64,000 nucleotides of DNA, taken from assembly GCA_036758585.1 (NCBI GenBank), contig DAIOWH010000001.1, positions 98,462 to 162,461 on the forward strand, read 5' to 3'. This document shows positions 36,751 through 44,733 of the stretch, piece after piece. The notes under the pieces were generated by a model. It saw only the letters and a program-made list of their open reading frames with translations. It did not search any database and had not been told where the DNA came from. The stretch comes from Planctomycetia bacterium. GTDB lineage: Bacteria; Planctomycetota; Planctomycetia; JALXBF01; JBGPMX01. Every line of letters begins with the position of its first letter. Within the stretch, counting starts at the first letter, position 1. Made by a program: the position numbers and the translations under genes.

Positions 36751-39700
36751 GTGTCGACGCCAAAGAGAAACCGAGGCCGGCTGACATTTCGGGCCGGTGT
36801 GGAACGCCTCGAAGTTCGCGAACTGCTCACCAGCACGTTCCTCGAGGGCCTTGCGGCGGCTGATTCGGCCGGGACCGCGCTGGCGCCGCTAGGAAACATC
36901 TTTGACGACGCACCGGCCAGCCTGGTCGGTGCGGATTTCGCGATTGGAGCGCCGCTCGCGAGCGCCCGCGCGGGCGAGGTTTACGTCGTCTTCGGACACG
37001 CAGGACTTGACACCGCCACGCTCAACGGATGCCTCACGCCGCTGCCTGTCAGTCCGCGCGGGCCGAATTGCGAGCTGATCAACAACTTGCTCACAACACA
37101 GCGCGCGATTCGTATCGTCGGCGATTCGGCCGACGACCTGGCGGGCTATTCGGTGGCAGGGGTTGGCGACGTGGTCGGCGACTCGCGCCCCGACCTGCTG
37201 ATCGGCGCGCCGTTCGCGCGGAACGGAGCCGCAGTGCAGACGGGTCGCGCGTACCTGATCGGCGGCGACTACATCGCCAACGTGATCGGCACGGCCCGCG
37301 CGGCGGGCGGCGCCGCTGTCGGCACCATCGATCTCGGCTCACCCGCATTGGGAGCGACCTTCCGCATCATCGAAGGCGAGTCGGCCGACGACCAGATGGG
37401 TAACGGCGTCGCAGGCATAGGCAACGGATTCTTCATGACCAGCTCGCCGTTGTTTGGCGCCGCGCCTTTCGAGGACCGCGGCAAAGTTTACGTTTTCGGC
37501 GGCTTGCGCGGCATTGCCGGACCGGGCGCCGCGCTGGTGCCACTGGCGACCGTCGTCGGTCCATCGGACGGCGCACACCTGGGCGGGGTACCCGCCGAAG
37601 AACTGACCACAACAGGGTTCAAGGGCCAAGCGATCTCGCCGCTACGCAACCCAGCGCTCATTCCGGTCGCCAGCGAATCACCGAGCGACCGGCGTTACCG
37701 CGTGCTCAGTACAACGTCGCCCGATGTGTTGTTGGGCGCGCCCGACGCCTGCACGGTCAACACCTGTACGCCGGCCACAGCCGTGCGACACGGCCGTGCC
37801 TACCTGCTTTCGGGAACCCAACTGATCGGCGTTGGCGGAAACTTCGACCTCTCAGTCCAAGCGGACTTGCAGGCGCTTGAGGCGATCATCGTACAGGGTG
37901 GGTCACCGAACGATCGACTCGGCGCGGCCGTCAGCAGCGCGGGCGACTTCGACGGCGACTTCGACATCGACACGACCGGCGACGGACTCCCGGACGGCAA
38001 GAGCGACTTCATGTTCGCCTCTCCGGGGCGCGATGTGACCCAGAGTGGCCTGACCGAGACCGATGCCGGCGAAGTGTATCTGATCTTCGGACGCGAGGTG
38101 AACGGTACTCCATTCCCCGACGGTAGCTGCCAAAGCGACCCGGGCATTGTCGGCGTACCGCAGATGAACTTCCGACAGTGCCGCGACGCCGCTGGCAACA
38201 TCGTGCCGCTCACCGCGACTAACTTCGTGGTGGCTGGGAACCTGACTGGCCTGACGCTGCGCGGCGCCACCACAACAGAACAACTAGGTACGTCCCTGAG
38301 CGAAGGTGGAAACTTCAGCGATCCGACCGGCAGAGGCAGCGCGGGCTTGTCGGGTCAGGTCGGCGTCAGCGACATTCTGGTCGGTGCGCCGTTCCACGAC
38401 GTACGCACCGGCGCCGTCACGGTGCTGGCCGACGCTGGCCGCGCGTACGGCATGTTCGGCAGTCGTGACTATCGCACCATCTCCGGCCAACTGCGCGACC
38501 TGGAACTGATCGGCGCCACCGGCGAGGGGATCATCTTCAACGGCCGTTTCGCGGGCGACAACTACGGCATCGCCGTGGCCGCCGCTGGTAACGTGGGCGA
38601 CCCCACCGGGCTGATTGGCGACGATGTACTGTTCGGCGCACGCAACGCCGAGGCCGTTCTGGGCGGCGCGGCAACAAACAACGTCGGGGAAGTCGAGTTG
38701 TTGTTTGGGTCGACTTCAGGGGCCGCCGGAGCGGGTGGGGTCGTCTCACTGCTCCCCTTTGTGCAGCCTGGGACATTTGGACCGCAGATTTTTGCCGGTG
38801 GATACTGGTCGTTCATCAACCAGACCCCGCCGGCCGGCAGCGTGAATCAGTTCCCGCTCGTGGCGAGTCAGCCGAGCGACGACCTGTTGTTCCCGCCGTT
38901 CACGCCCAGCATCCTGCCCGCCGGCGCGGTGGGGCCGTTCATTCCCGCTACGCTGCGCGGCTCGACGATCTTCTTGCCCGATCGGCCGCTCGCGCTGGTC
39001 GATCGTTCGGGCAACCTGAACGTCTACGATCGTGCCAGCGGCGACCGCGGCGTCAACGTCACCGCGTCCGCGCGAGGACCCAGGATTCGAGCTGGAGCCG
39101 TTGCCAGCGCCGCCGACGGCGCAACCAGTGTGTTCGCACTCGATCAGGCCGGACACCTAATTCACCACCGCGGCAACGGCACAAGCTGGTCGGCGACCGA
39201 CCTGACGCAAGGCTCCAGTGGACCCAGCCTCACCGGCAACCTCGCGGTGCGGCGCATCGACGGCGCGAACGATTCGTTCGTGATCAGCGGCCGGGCCGCA
39301 TCCGGCGGCGTCGCCGTCTACGCGGGCAACGATTCCGACGGCTGGCGGTCCGCCGTGTTTACGCCGCCCGGCGGCGCCGGCGCATCGACGGCCGTGACGC
39401 CACCCACACTCAGCGCGAACTATGTGGTCGGCAGCAACGGGCACCTGATCGAGTACATGCCGTCGCGGCGCAAGTGGCGGACAACGGACATCAGCGCGGC
39501 GGCCGGCGGACCTCAGCTTGCCGGCGACGTCGCGGCCAACGTTGTGCTCGGCGGCCCGCTTCGCGCCGTGCTCGAAGTGTTTGCGCGAAGCGTCGATGGA
39601 CGCCTCATCCGTTTCACGCGAGCCGGGCGGAGCTGGCAGTTCGAGGACATCAGCGAGCGGCTGGCCGGCGCGGGCGCCATCGACGGTTCGATGATCGTCG

Positions 39701-40011
39701 TGCCCGGTTCGCTGGGTCAGCGGTTCATCTACGCACAGTCAGGCGGCCGTATCGTTGAAGTCGCAGGCGACGGCGCCGGTTGGCGAGTGCAGGAACTTCC
39801 GGCGGTGGACGGCGTAGCCTCGATGGTCGGCCCGATCGCCGCGATGCCGACCAATGGCAACTCACGTGTCGTCTACGGTTACGAATCGGGCGGCTCGGTT
39901 GTCGAGTACAGCTTCAACGGAACTTGGACCACACGCTCGTTCTCAAGCGACGCCACGGCGCTGGGCGCATTGCTCGACCTACTGACTGACTTGGGTGTCC
40001 AAAGCCGCTAG
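36751..40011 (+). CDS. FG-GAP (integrin-alpha-like) repeat protein (about 1087 aa) with VERLEVRELLT N-motif and the same C-terminal Trp-containing propeller-like repeats as the preceding gene
   Basis: The probable start is GTG 36751 (VSTPKRNRGRL...), 8 nt after GGAGG. The track start 36697 is an upstream in-frame extension. FG-GAP units (GADFAIGAPLASARAGEVYVVFG; DLLIGAPFARNGAAVQTGRAYLIGG; ..DFMFASPGRD..GEVYLIFG). C-terminal repeats GHLIHHRGNGTSWSATDLT / GHLIEYMPSRRKWRTTDIS / GRLIRFTRAGRSWQFEDIS. Confidence 0.8.
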   Translation: MSTPKRNRGRLTFRAGVERLEVRELLTSTFLEGLAAADSAGTALAPLGNIFDDAPASLVGADFAIGAPLASARAGEVYVVFGHAGLDTATLNGCLTPLPVSPRGPNCELINNLLTTQRAIRIVGDSADDLAGYSVAGVGDVVGDSRPDLLIGAPFARNGAAVQTGRAYLIGGDYIANVIGTARAAGGAAVGTIDLGSPALGATFRIIEGESADDQMGNGVAGIGNGFFMTSSPLFGAAPFEDRGKVYVFGGLRGIAGPGAALVPLATVVGPSDGAHLGGVPAEELTTTGFKGQAISPLRNPALIPVASESPSDRRYRVLSTTSPDVLLGAPDACTVNTCTPATAVRHGRAYLLSGTQLIGVGGNFDLSVQADLQALEAIIVQGGSPNDRLGAAVSSAGDFDGDFDIDTTGDGLPDGKSDFMFASPGRDVTQSGLTETDAGEVYLIFGREVNGTPFPDGSCQSDPGIVGVPQMNFRQCRDAAGNIVPLTATNFVVAGNLTGLTLRGATTTEQLGTSLSEGGNFSDPTGRGSAGLSGQVGVSDILVGAPFHDVRTGAVTVLADAGRAYGMFGSRDYRTISGQLRDLELIGATGEGIIFNGRFAGDNYGIAVAAAGNVGDPTGLIGDDVLFGARNAEAVLGGAATNNVGEVELLFGSTSGAAGAGGVVSLLPFVQPGTFGPQIFAGGYWSFINQTPPAGSVNQFPLVASQPSDDLLFPPFTPSILPAGAVGPFIPATLRGSTIFLPDRPLALVDRSGNLNVYDRASGDRGVNVTASARGPRIRAGAVASAADGATSVFALDQAGHLIHHRGNGTSWSATDLTQGSSGPSLTGNLAVRRIDGANDSFVISGRAASGGVAVYAGNDSDGWRSAVFTPPGGAGASTAVTPPTLSANYVVGSNGHLIEYMPSRRKWRTTDISAAAGGPQLAGDVAANVVLGGPLRAVLEVFARSVDGRLIRFTRAGRSWQFEDISERLAGAGAIDGSMIVVPGSLGQRFIYAQSGGRIVEVAGDGAGWRVQELPAVDGVASMVGPIAAMPTNGNSRVVYGYESGGSVVEYSFNGTWTTRSFSSDATALGALLDLLTDLGVQSR

Positions 40012-40093
40012 ACAGTGGGCACGTTCTAACGTTCCAGTCTCCTGAGCCCGTGTTTCCTAACCGCCGTAGAATCCTCGCTCCTGCCGGGCGGTG

Positions 40094-41662
40094 TTACTGG
40101 CCGAATCCGCCACCCGCAGCACCGGTGACTTGGAAACGACGCTCGCCGGCCAGTGAGTTGAACTGCGGAAACACGTTGAGGCGAACGTAACGTCGATCCG
40201 CGGAGATCACCGCCTGAGCGGTAAATCCGGCGCCGAAGAAGAAGGGCGTAATGGTCGGATTGAAAGCTACCGCCCCGCCGCCGACCGCCCCGCCGAATTG
40301 GAAGAGGTGCTGCGGCCCGCCGTAGGGGCCGGCTCGCCCGCCCGGATCGCCGGCCGACGTCCGATCGGACAGCCCCATCAGTTCTTGGATCGGCAGTCGG
40401 CCCGACGATGCGACGCCCACGCCTGGCGGAACGTATTGCGGAATCGCCAGCAGTCCGGTGCGTCGGCCGGTTTCGAGTTTCACTAACAGCGGCTTGGTCG
40501 CGCCGAGCGGAACGTAGAACGTGTCGTGCTTCTCGTCCGGCGAACCCTCGTGATACGTCACTTCAACCTTGACGCGGCCGCCGAGCGGACTGCCCCAAAC
40601 GCGGTCCACACGAATCTCGTAGTCACCGGGCAGCGCGCGGGCACAAACGTAAAGCTCAGCCGTGTTCTTGGCCGACCCCGCGTCCTTGCCGAAGCTGTCG
40701 CGGACCAGCACGCCGCCGGCGCCCGTAACTCGATTCTGTGCACAGCAGACCGTGCCGGGCGGCTCGACTACTCGCAGGTCGATGTCGGCGTCGCCCTGCC
40801 AGCCAATGCGCACGACCAGGTCGCGCGTGTCGGCCCGCCGAACCTGTTCGACCAGCGCATCAGCTTCGGATGTGCGGCCGGCGCGGCGCAGCTTGTTCTC
40901 GACGTCGGCGGCTTGGCTGCGGGCCTTCTTGTGCAGTTCGTCCTGCACGTTCACCCAACCGTGCGCGAGCAGGTGCGAAGCAGCCCACGCCACAGTGCGG
41001 CCATCGACAAGCTCGGCGGCCAGGTCCAGACTCTCCAGGTAGGGTTCCGGCGCGAGCGGCACTTTCTCGGAGGCCTCGCGATAGAGTCGAATCGCGGCCT
41101 CCTTTAGACCATGTCGCGCGAGTCGTCGAGCGACACGGTACTGGGCGTCGGGTGAGTCGGAGACGACATCGGCCGCGGAGAGCAGAGTTCGTTGGATCTC
41201 CTGCTTGTCGGCGCCGGTAGCCTCTTGAAGTAGCGCGAGCGACTCGTACATCCACGGCTCGTTGAAGCCGTGCCGAATGGCAGCCTTGAGCAGCGCGACG
41301 CCGTGATCGGGTTTCTTGGACTTGACCAGAACCTCAAGGGCGGCGCGAACGCCGGCCGAAGATTCCTTGTGTTGCGCAAAGTGCCGATCCCAGACAACCT
41401 CGGGGTCGAGGTCCGCCTTGGACGAACGGGCTGGGTTGGTCGGTGCGGCGTCCCTCGCCTGTTTCTGCCGGGCCTTCGGCTCATCGTCCTGGGAGCCGAG
41501 CCCGGCCGCTAAAAAGGGCTTACGTTTCTCAGGCCGTTCGCGCGACGCGATTGGTCCAGCACGCCGCCGATTTGCTCGTGGATTTCTGATGTCTGTCTGA
41601 TGACCAGGGCCGGGTTCCGACGCCAGTAACGGATCGAGCCTTCGCCACCGCGCACGTCCCAC
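40094..41662 (-). CDS. Hypothetical protein (helical repeat N-half, beta-rich C-half ending in a Gly-rich tail). 5' end uncertain
   Basis: 522-aa ORF. Its first ~51 codons overlap the 3' end of the upstream VWA gene (stop at 41509) in another frame, so the true start is probably an internal or alternative codon near 41500. No family recognised. Confidence 0.45.
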   Translation of the reverse strand: MGRARWRRLDPLLASEPGPGHQTDIRNPRANRRRAGPIASRERPEKRKPFLAAGLGSQDDEPKARQKQARDAAPTNPARSSKADLDPEVVWDRHFAQHKESSAGVRAALEVLVKSKKPDHGVALLKAAIRHGFNEPWMYESLALLQEATGADKQEIQRTLLSAADVVSDSPDAQYRVARRLARHGLKEAAIRLYREASEKVPLAPEPYLESLDLAAELVDGRTVAWAASHLLAHGWVNVQDELHKKARSQAADVENKLRRAGRTSEADALVEQVRRADTRDLVVRIGWQGDADIDLRVVEPPGTVCCAQNRVTGAGGVLVRDSFGKDAGSAKNTAELYVCARALPGDYEIRVDRVWGSPLGGRVKVEVTYHEGSPDEKHDTFYVPLGATKPLLVKLETGRRTGLLAIPQYVPPGVGVASSGRLPIQELMGLSDRTSAGDPGGRAGPYGGPQHLFQFGGAVGGGAVAFNPTITPFFFGAGFTAQAVISADRRYVRLNVFPQFNSLAGERRFQVTGAAGGGFGQ

Positions 41663-44259
41663 GTGTCCGGCGCGATCACTTCCTGAATCAGGTTGATCAG
41701 TTCATCGCTCAGGTCTTCGCCGGCGCCGCCACCACCGGCGCCGCCAGCACCGCCGCCACCGCCAGCGCCGCCGCCGCCCGGCCCGTTGCCGACGTTTCGC
41801 ATGCCGAAGCCGCCCATGCCGCCGCCCATGCCGCCACCCATCATGCCGCCACCGCCCGACTGAACGGGGATGACCAGATCGGCGACCGGGTAGACCTTGT
41901 GCACGAGCTCGTTTCCGGCGGAGAGCTGGCTGGTGATCTGGAGCACATCATCTTTGATCACGTAAGTGAGGTTCAGGCCGCCCAGCAGGAGCTTCAGAGC
42001 GCTCTTGAGAGCGATCTGCTCGACGTGGATCGTGACGGGCGTGTCGCTGGTGACGCCTTCCTCTTCGAGTGCCACGCGGTCGAGTACGATGTTGACGTCG
42101 GTGTAGTCGCGCAAGAAGTCGACCACGTCGCTCAGCGGCGTCTCGACGAATTCGAGCGTTACCGGATCCTTCAGCTTCGCGCTGATCTTCTCCTCAGCCT
42201 TGCTGGGCACGGTCAGATCGACGCGCGCCCACTTCGCTCGCCGCTTGCTCATCTCTTCCCACCACCGCGCGTCGGGGTATTCGATCGGCGGCTCGTCGGG
42301 GAACGGGATGTGCGACTTGTCGATCTGCAGCAGCGTGAGCAGCACGCGGTGCTTGCGGATCTCTTTGAGTTCGTTGAGGTCATGAGCGATCCCCTCCATC
42401 TCGGCGTGGAACGGTGCCAACATGGCCAGTGGCGTTTCGCGGTCCTTATCGCGCATGCGCCGCGCGACGGTCAGGGCCTCGCGATACGATTCCTCGGCCA
42501 TCAAGGCCCAGAACTGTTCCATCAGTTGATGAACTTCCTCGTTCTTCTGGTTCAGCAGGTTGTTCAGCCGTTTCATCTCGGCGCCTTGGGCGTTTCGCTG
42601 CTGTCGGGCGGCGTCCTCCATGTCGACCCGCTCTTTCTCGCGAGCGGCCTGGCGCAGGGCGCTCTCGACCTGGCGCCGCAGCGTGTCGCGGTGGGACTCG
42701 GGCGCGTCAGTCGCCGACTCGATACGGAGCAGCGTGTAGCCCTTGAGCAGATCGATGGCTCGCTGCGGTTCGCGTTGCATCAGACGCTTCGCCTCGGCCA
42801 TTTGAGCGTTGACTTCGGTGCGCAGTTGTTCAACCGCGGCCTTCTCGCGTTCTTTGAGTGTGGCGATGTCGGCGCGTGGTTGCGGCGTGCGCGGAGCTTG
42901 TGGCTGGGCACCGGCCGGTTCTTCGACCTCTGGTTTGGCATCGGCCGGCGCGGGCGGCTGGTTCCCGGCCGCGGGTGCGGGCGGAGGTGGCGGAGGCGGC
43001 TGCGCGCCGGGTTCCTGACCAGCCTGGGCCAGCAGAATCTCTTTCTTCTTGGTGGCCAGTCCGCGCAACAGCGTCTTTGCCTCGAGGTTCTTCGGATCGT
43101 GCTTGAGCACTTCGTTCAGGAACTTCTCGGCCTCTTGCACTTGGCCGCGTCGCGCTGCGATCTCGCCCAAGGACAACAGTGTATCGACGTCCTTCTCGTG
43201 ATCGCCCGCGGCGAGTTCCATGATGCTCTTCGCGTCGCTCGGCGCCGCGGCCGACGCCTCGGCCGACCACTTCGACCAGAGGTCAGGCAGGTAGGCGAGG
43301 TCCTCGCTTGATCGCCCCGCGCTCACCGTCCAGGCCCGAGAGACTGCCTCGCCCTGTACTTCACCGCTGACCGAGACCTGGATCGGTGCGTCGAACGTTC
43401 CGCGCACCAGGAACAGAGTCGCCTGATCGGCACGCAACGGCGGCGCGACTTGCGGCAGCACCGGCAGATCGTCGCCGGCCAGGTCCAGCCGTGTGCCGTA
43501 GCAGACCGGCGAACCGGCCGCTGCCACCAGGTTCGCAATCATGCCGGCGACGTCGTCCTTGTCGGCCGCGTTAAAGAATCGTCCGCCCGTTTCGGCGGCC
43601 AGTCGCTGAAGCACGGTCTCGTTGACGTCGCGCCCGACGGCCACCGTGTGCACCGCCACGCGCTGGTTGCGCAGCTCGCTGCTGATCGCGGCGATCTTGG
43701 CCGGCGAGAACAGGCCGGCCGTGTGCTGCCCGTCACCGACGTACACAATCGATCGCGCGCCGGAGTTGGCCTCGGTGAACAGTTCGGCAGCTTGACGCAG
43801 GCCCGCCTCGAGGTTGCTGGTGCCGAGCGGAGCGCGGCGGTTGAGTTTTGCGAGGCCCGTGCGAAGTCCGTCGGCGCCGGGCGCGGCAAATCCGCCGCTC
43901 AGGTTCTCGGTAGTTACGTCCATCGCCACGAGGGCGGCCCGGTCGCCATTCTTCAGTCCGCCCACGACTCCAGAAGCTACCTCGACGGCCCGATTCAGGA
44001 TCGCCCCAGTTTGGCTGGCCGAAGTGTCCACGAGCACGAGAAGGTCACGCCGGCCGGCGACCGGTCGACCGAAGTCCGCCTTGACGGACAAGGCCGCATA
44101 GGTCTGGCCGTCGGGAGCCTTGTAGGTGCTTACAGTCACCGCCGAGCCAGTTGCAGTTTCGCCGCCGTTCGCTGCGACAAGAGATGCCGCGCCCATGGCC
44201 AGCAAACCCAGAACGACGCCTCGACGCCAAATCGCCTTAGACATGATCGAACTCCCCAA
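41509..44259 (-). CDS. Secreted VWA-domain protein with TPR segment, Pro-rich linker, long coiled-coil and C-terminal STN/secretin-N-like domains (916 aa)
   Basis: Signal peptide MSKAIWRRGVVLGLLAMGAASLVAANG. VWA/MIDAS-like LLVLVDTSASQTG ... SIVYVGDGQHTAG. TPR-like LLSLGEIAARRGQVQEAEKFLNEVLKHDPKNLEAK. PPPPPPPAPAAG linker. E/R/Q-rich coiled coil. PVTLEFVETPLSDVVDFLRDYTDVNIVLD...LNLTYVIKDDVLQI (STN/N0-like). Gly/Met-rich spacer. ...NPALVIRQTSEIHEQIGGVLDQ (secretin-N1-like). Confidence 0.75.
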   Translation of the reverse strand: MGSSIMSKAIWRRGVVLGLLAMGAASLVAANGGETATGSAVTVSTYKAPDGQTYAALSVKADFGRPVAGRRDLLVLVDTSASQTGAILNRAVEVASGVVGGLKNGDRAALVAMDVTTENLSGGFAAPGADGLRTGLAKLNRRAPLGTSNLEAGLRQAAELFTEANSGARSIVYVGDGQHTAGLFSPAKIAAISSELRNQRVAVHTVAVGRDVNETVLQRLAAETGGRFFNAADKDDVAGMIANLVAAAGSPVCYGTRLDLAGDDLPVLPQVAPPLRADQATLFLVRGTFDAPIQVSVSGEVQGEAVSRAWTVSAGRSSEDLAYLPDLWSKWSAEASAAAPSDAKSIMELAAGDHEKDVDTLLSLGEIAARRGQVQEAEKFLNEVLKHDPKNLEAKTLLRGLATKKKEILLAQAGQEPGAQPPPPPPPAPAAGNQPPAPADAKPEVEEPAGAQPQAPRTPQPRADIATLKEREKAAVEQLRTEVNAQMAEAKRLMQREPQRAIDLLKGYTLLRIESATDAPESHRDTLRRQVESALRQAAREKERVDMEDAARQQRNAQGAEMKRLNNLLNQKNEEVHQLMEQFWALMAEESYREALTVARRMRDKDRETPLAMLAPFHAEMEGIAHDLNELKEIRKHRVLLTLLQIDKSHIPFPDEPPIEYPDARWWEEMSKRRAKWARVDLTVPSKAEEKISAKLKDPVTLEFVETPLSDVVDFLRDYTDVNIVLDRVALEEEGVTSDTPVTIHVEQIALKSALKLLLGGLNLTYVIKDDVLQITSQLSAGNELVHKVYPVADLVIPVQSGGGGMMGGGMGGGMGGFGMRNVGNGPGGGGAGGGGGAGGAGGGGAGEDLSDELINLIQEVIAPDTWDVRGGEGSIRYWRRNPALVIRQTSEIHEQIGGVLDQSRRANGLRNVSPF

Positions 44260-44392
44260 AAGTGACTCGCGAAACCGTCCAACCGGGGCAAATTGCCAAG
44301 TTTGTGAACCTATTGTAGCGGCGGCCTCAAGTAATCTTCCAGCACGAATTTCGGCTGCGGTCGCCGTCCGCCGTTAGATCGGGATTACTCCA

Positions 44393-44554
44393 CATTGAAA
44401 GAGGTTCGTTTAACCTCGTTTAACCCGCAGCCGCAGGCGAGGTGAGGCACAACAACGCCAGCCGTACCTCGCCTGCGGCTGCGGGTTAAACGACCGAGGC
44501 GGATTTCAGACCCTATTCAATGCGGCACAGTACTTAGCGGCACAGTACTTAGTC
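44393..44554. repeat. Palindromic intergenic repeat element, copy 2 (same orientation and loop as copy 1; carries small internal tandem duplications)
   Basis: Core stem arms at about 44419-44443 and 44468-44491. Duplicated cgtttaacc and gcggcacagtacttag units. Lies upstream of the VWA gene and downstream of the PP2C gene. Confidence 0.8.
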
Positions 44555-44733
44555 GTCGGCTCGCCCGCGGGATTCACGGCCAGAGTGGCCCGCGGCCCGC
44601 AGGGTTCAGAGTGGTCGCAAGGAGTATAGCCCGACCCGACGCGGATAGCAACTTGTTGACGCGGTTGATGTAAGGGCCGACCGTAAGGATACGCCGCTGA
44701 TTGATCGCCCAAACTGGCGTGAATCTTCTGGCG

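Noticed and set aside
41899-43311. 470-aa plus-strand ORF opposite the VWA/secretin-N gene
   Set aside because: Antisense to a gene with signal peptide and recognisable domains. No motifs of its own.
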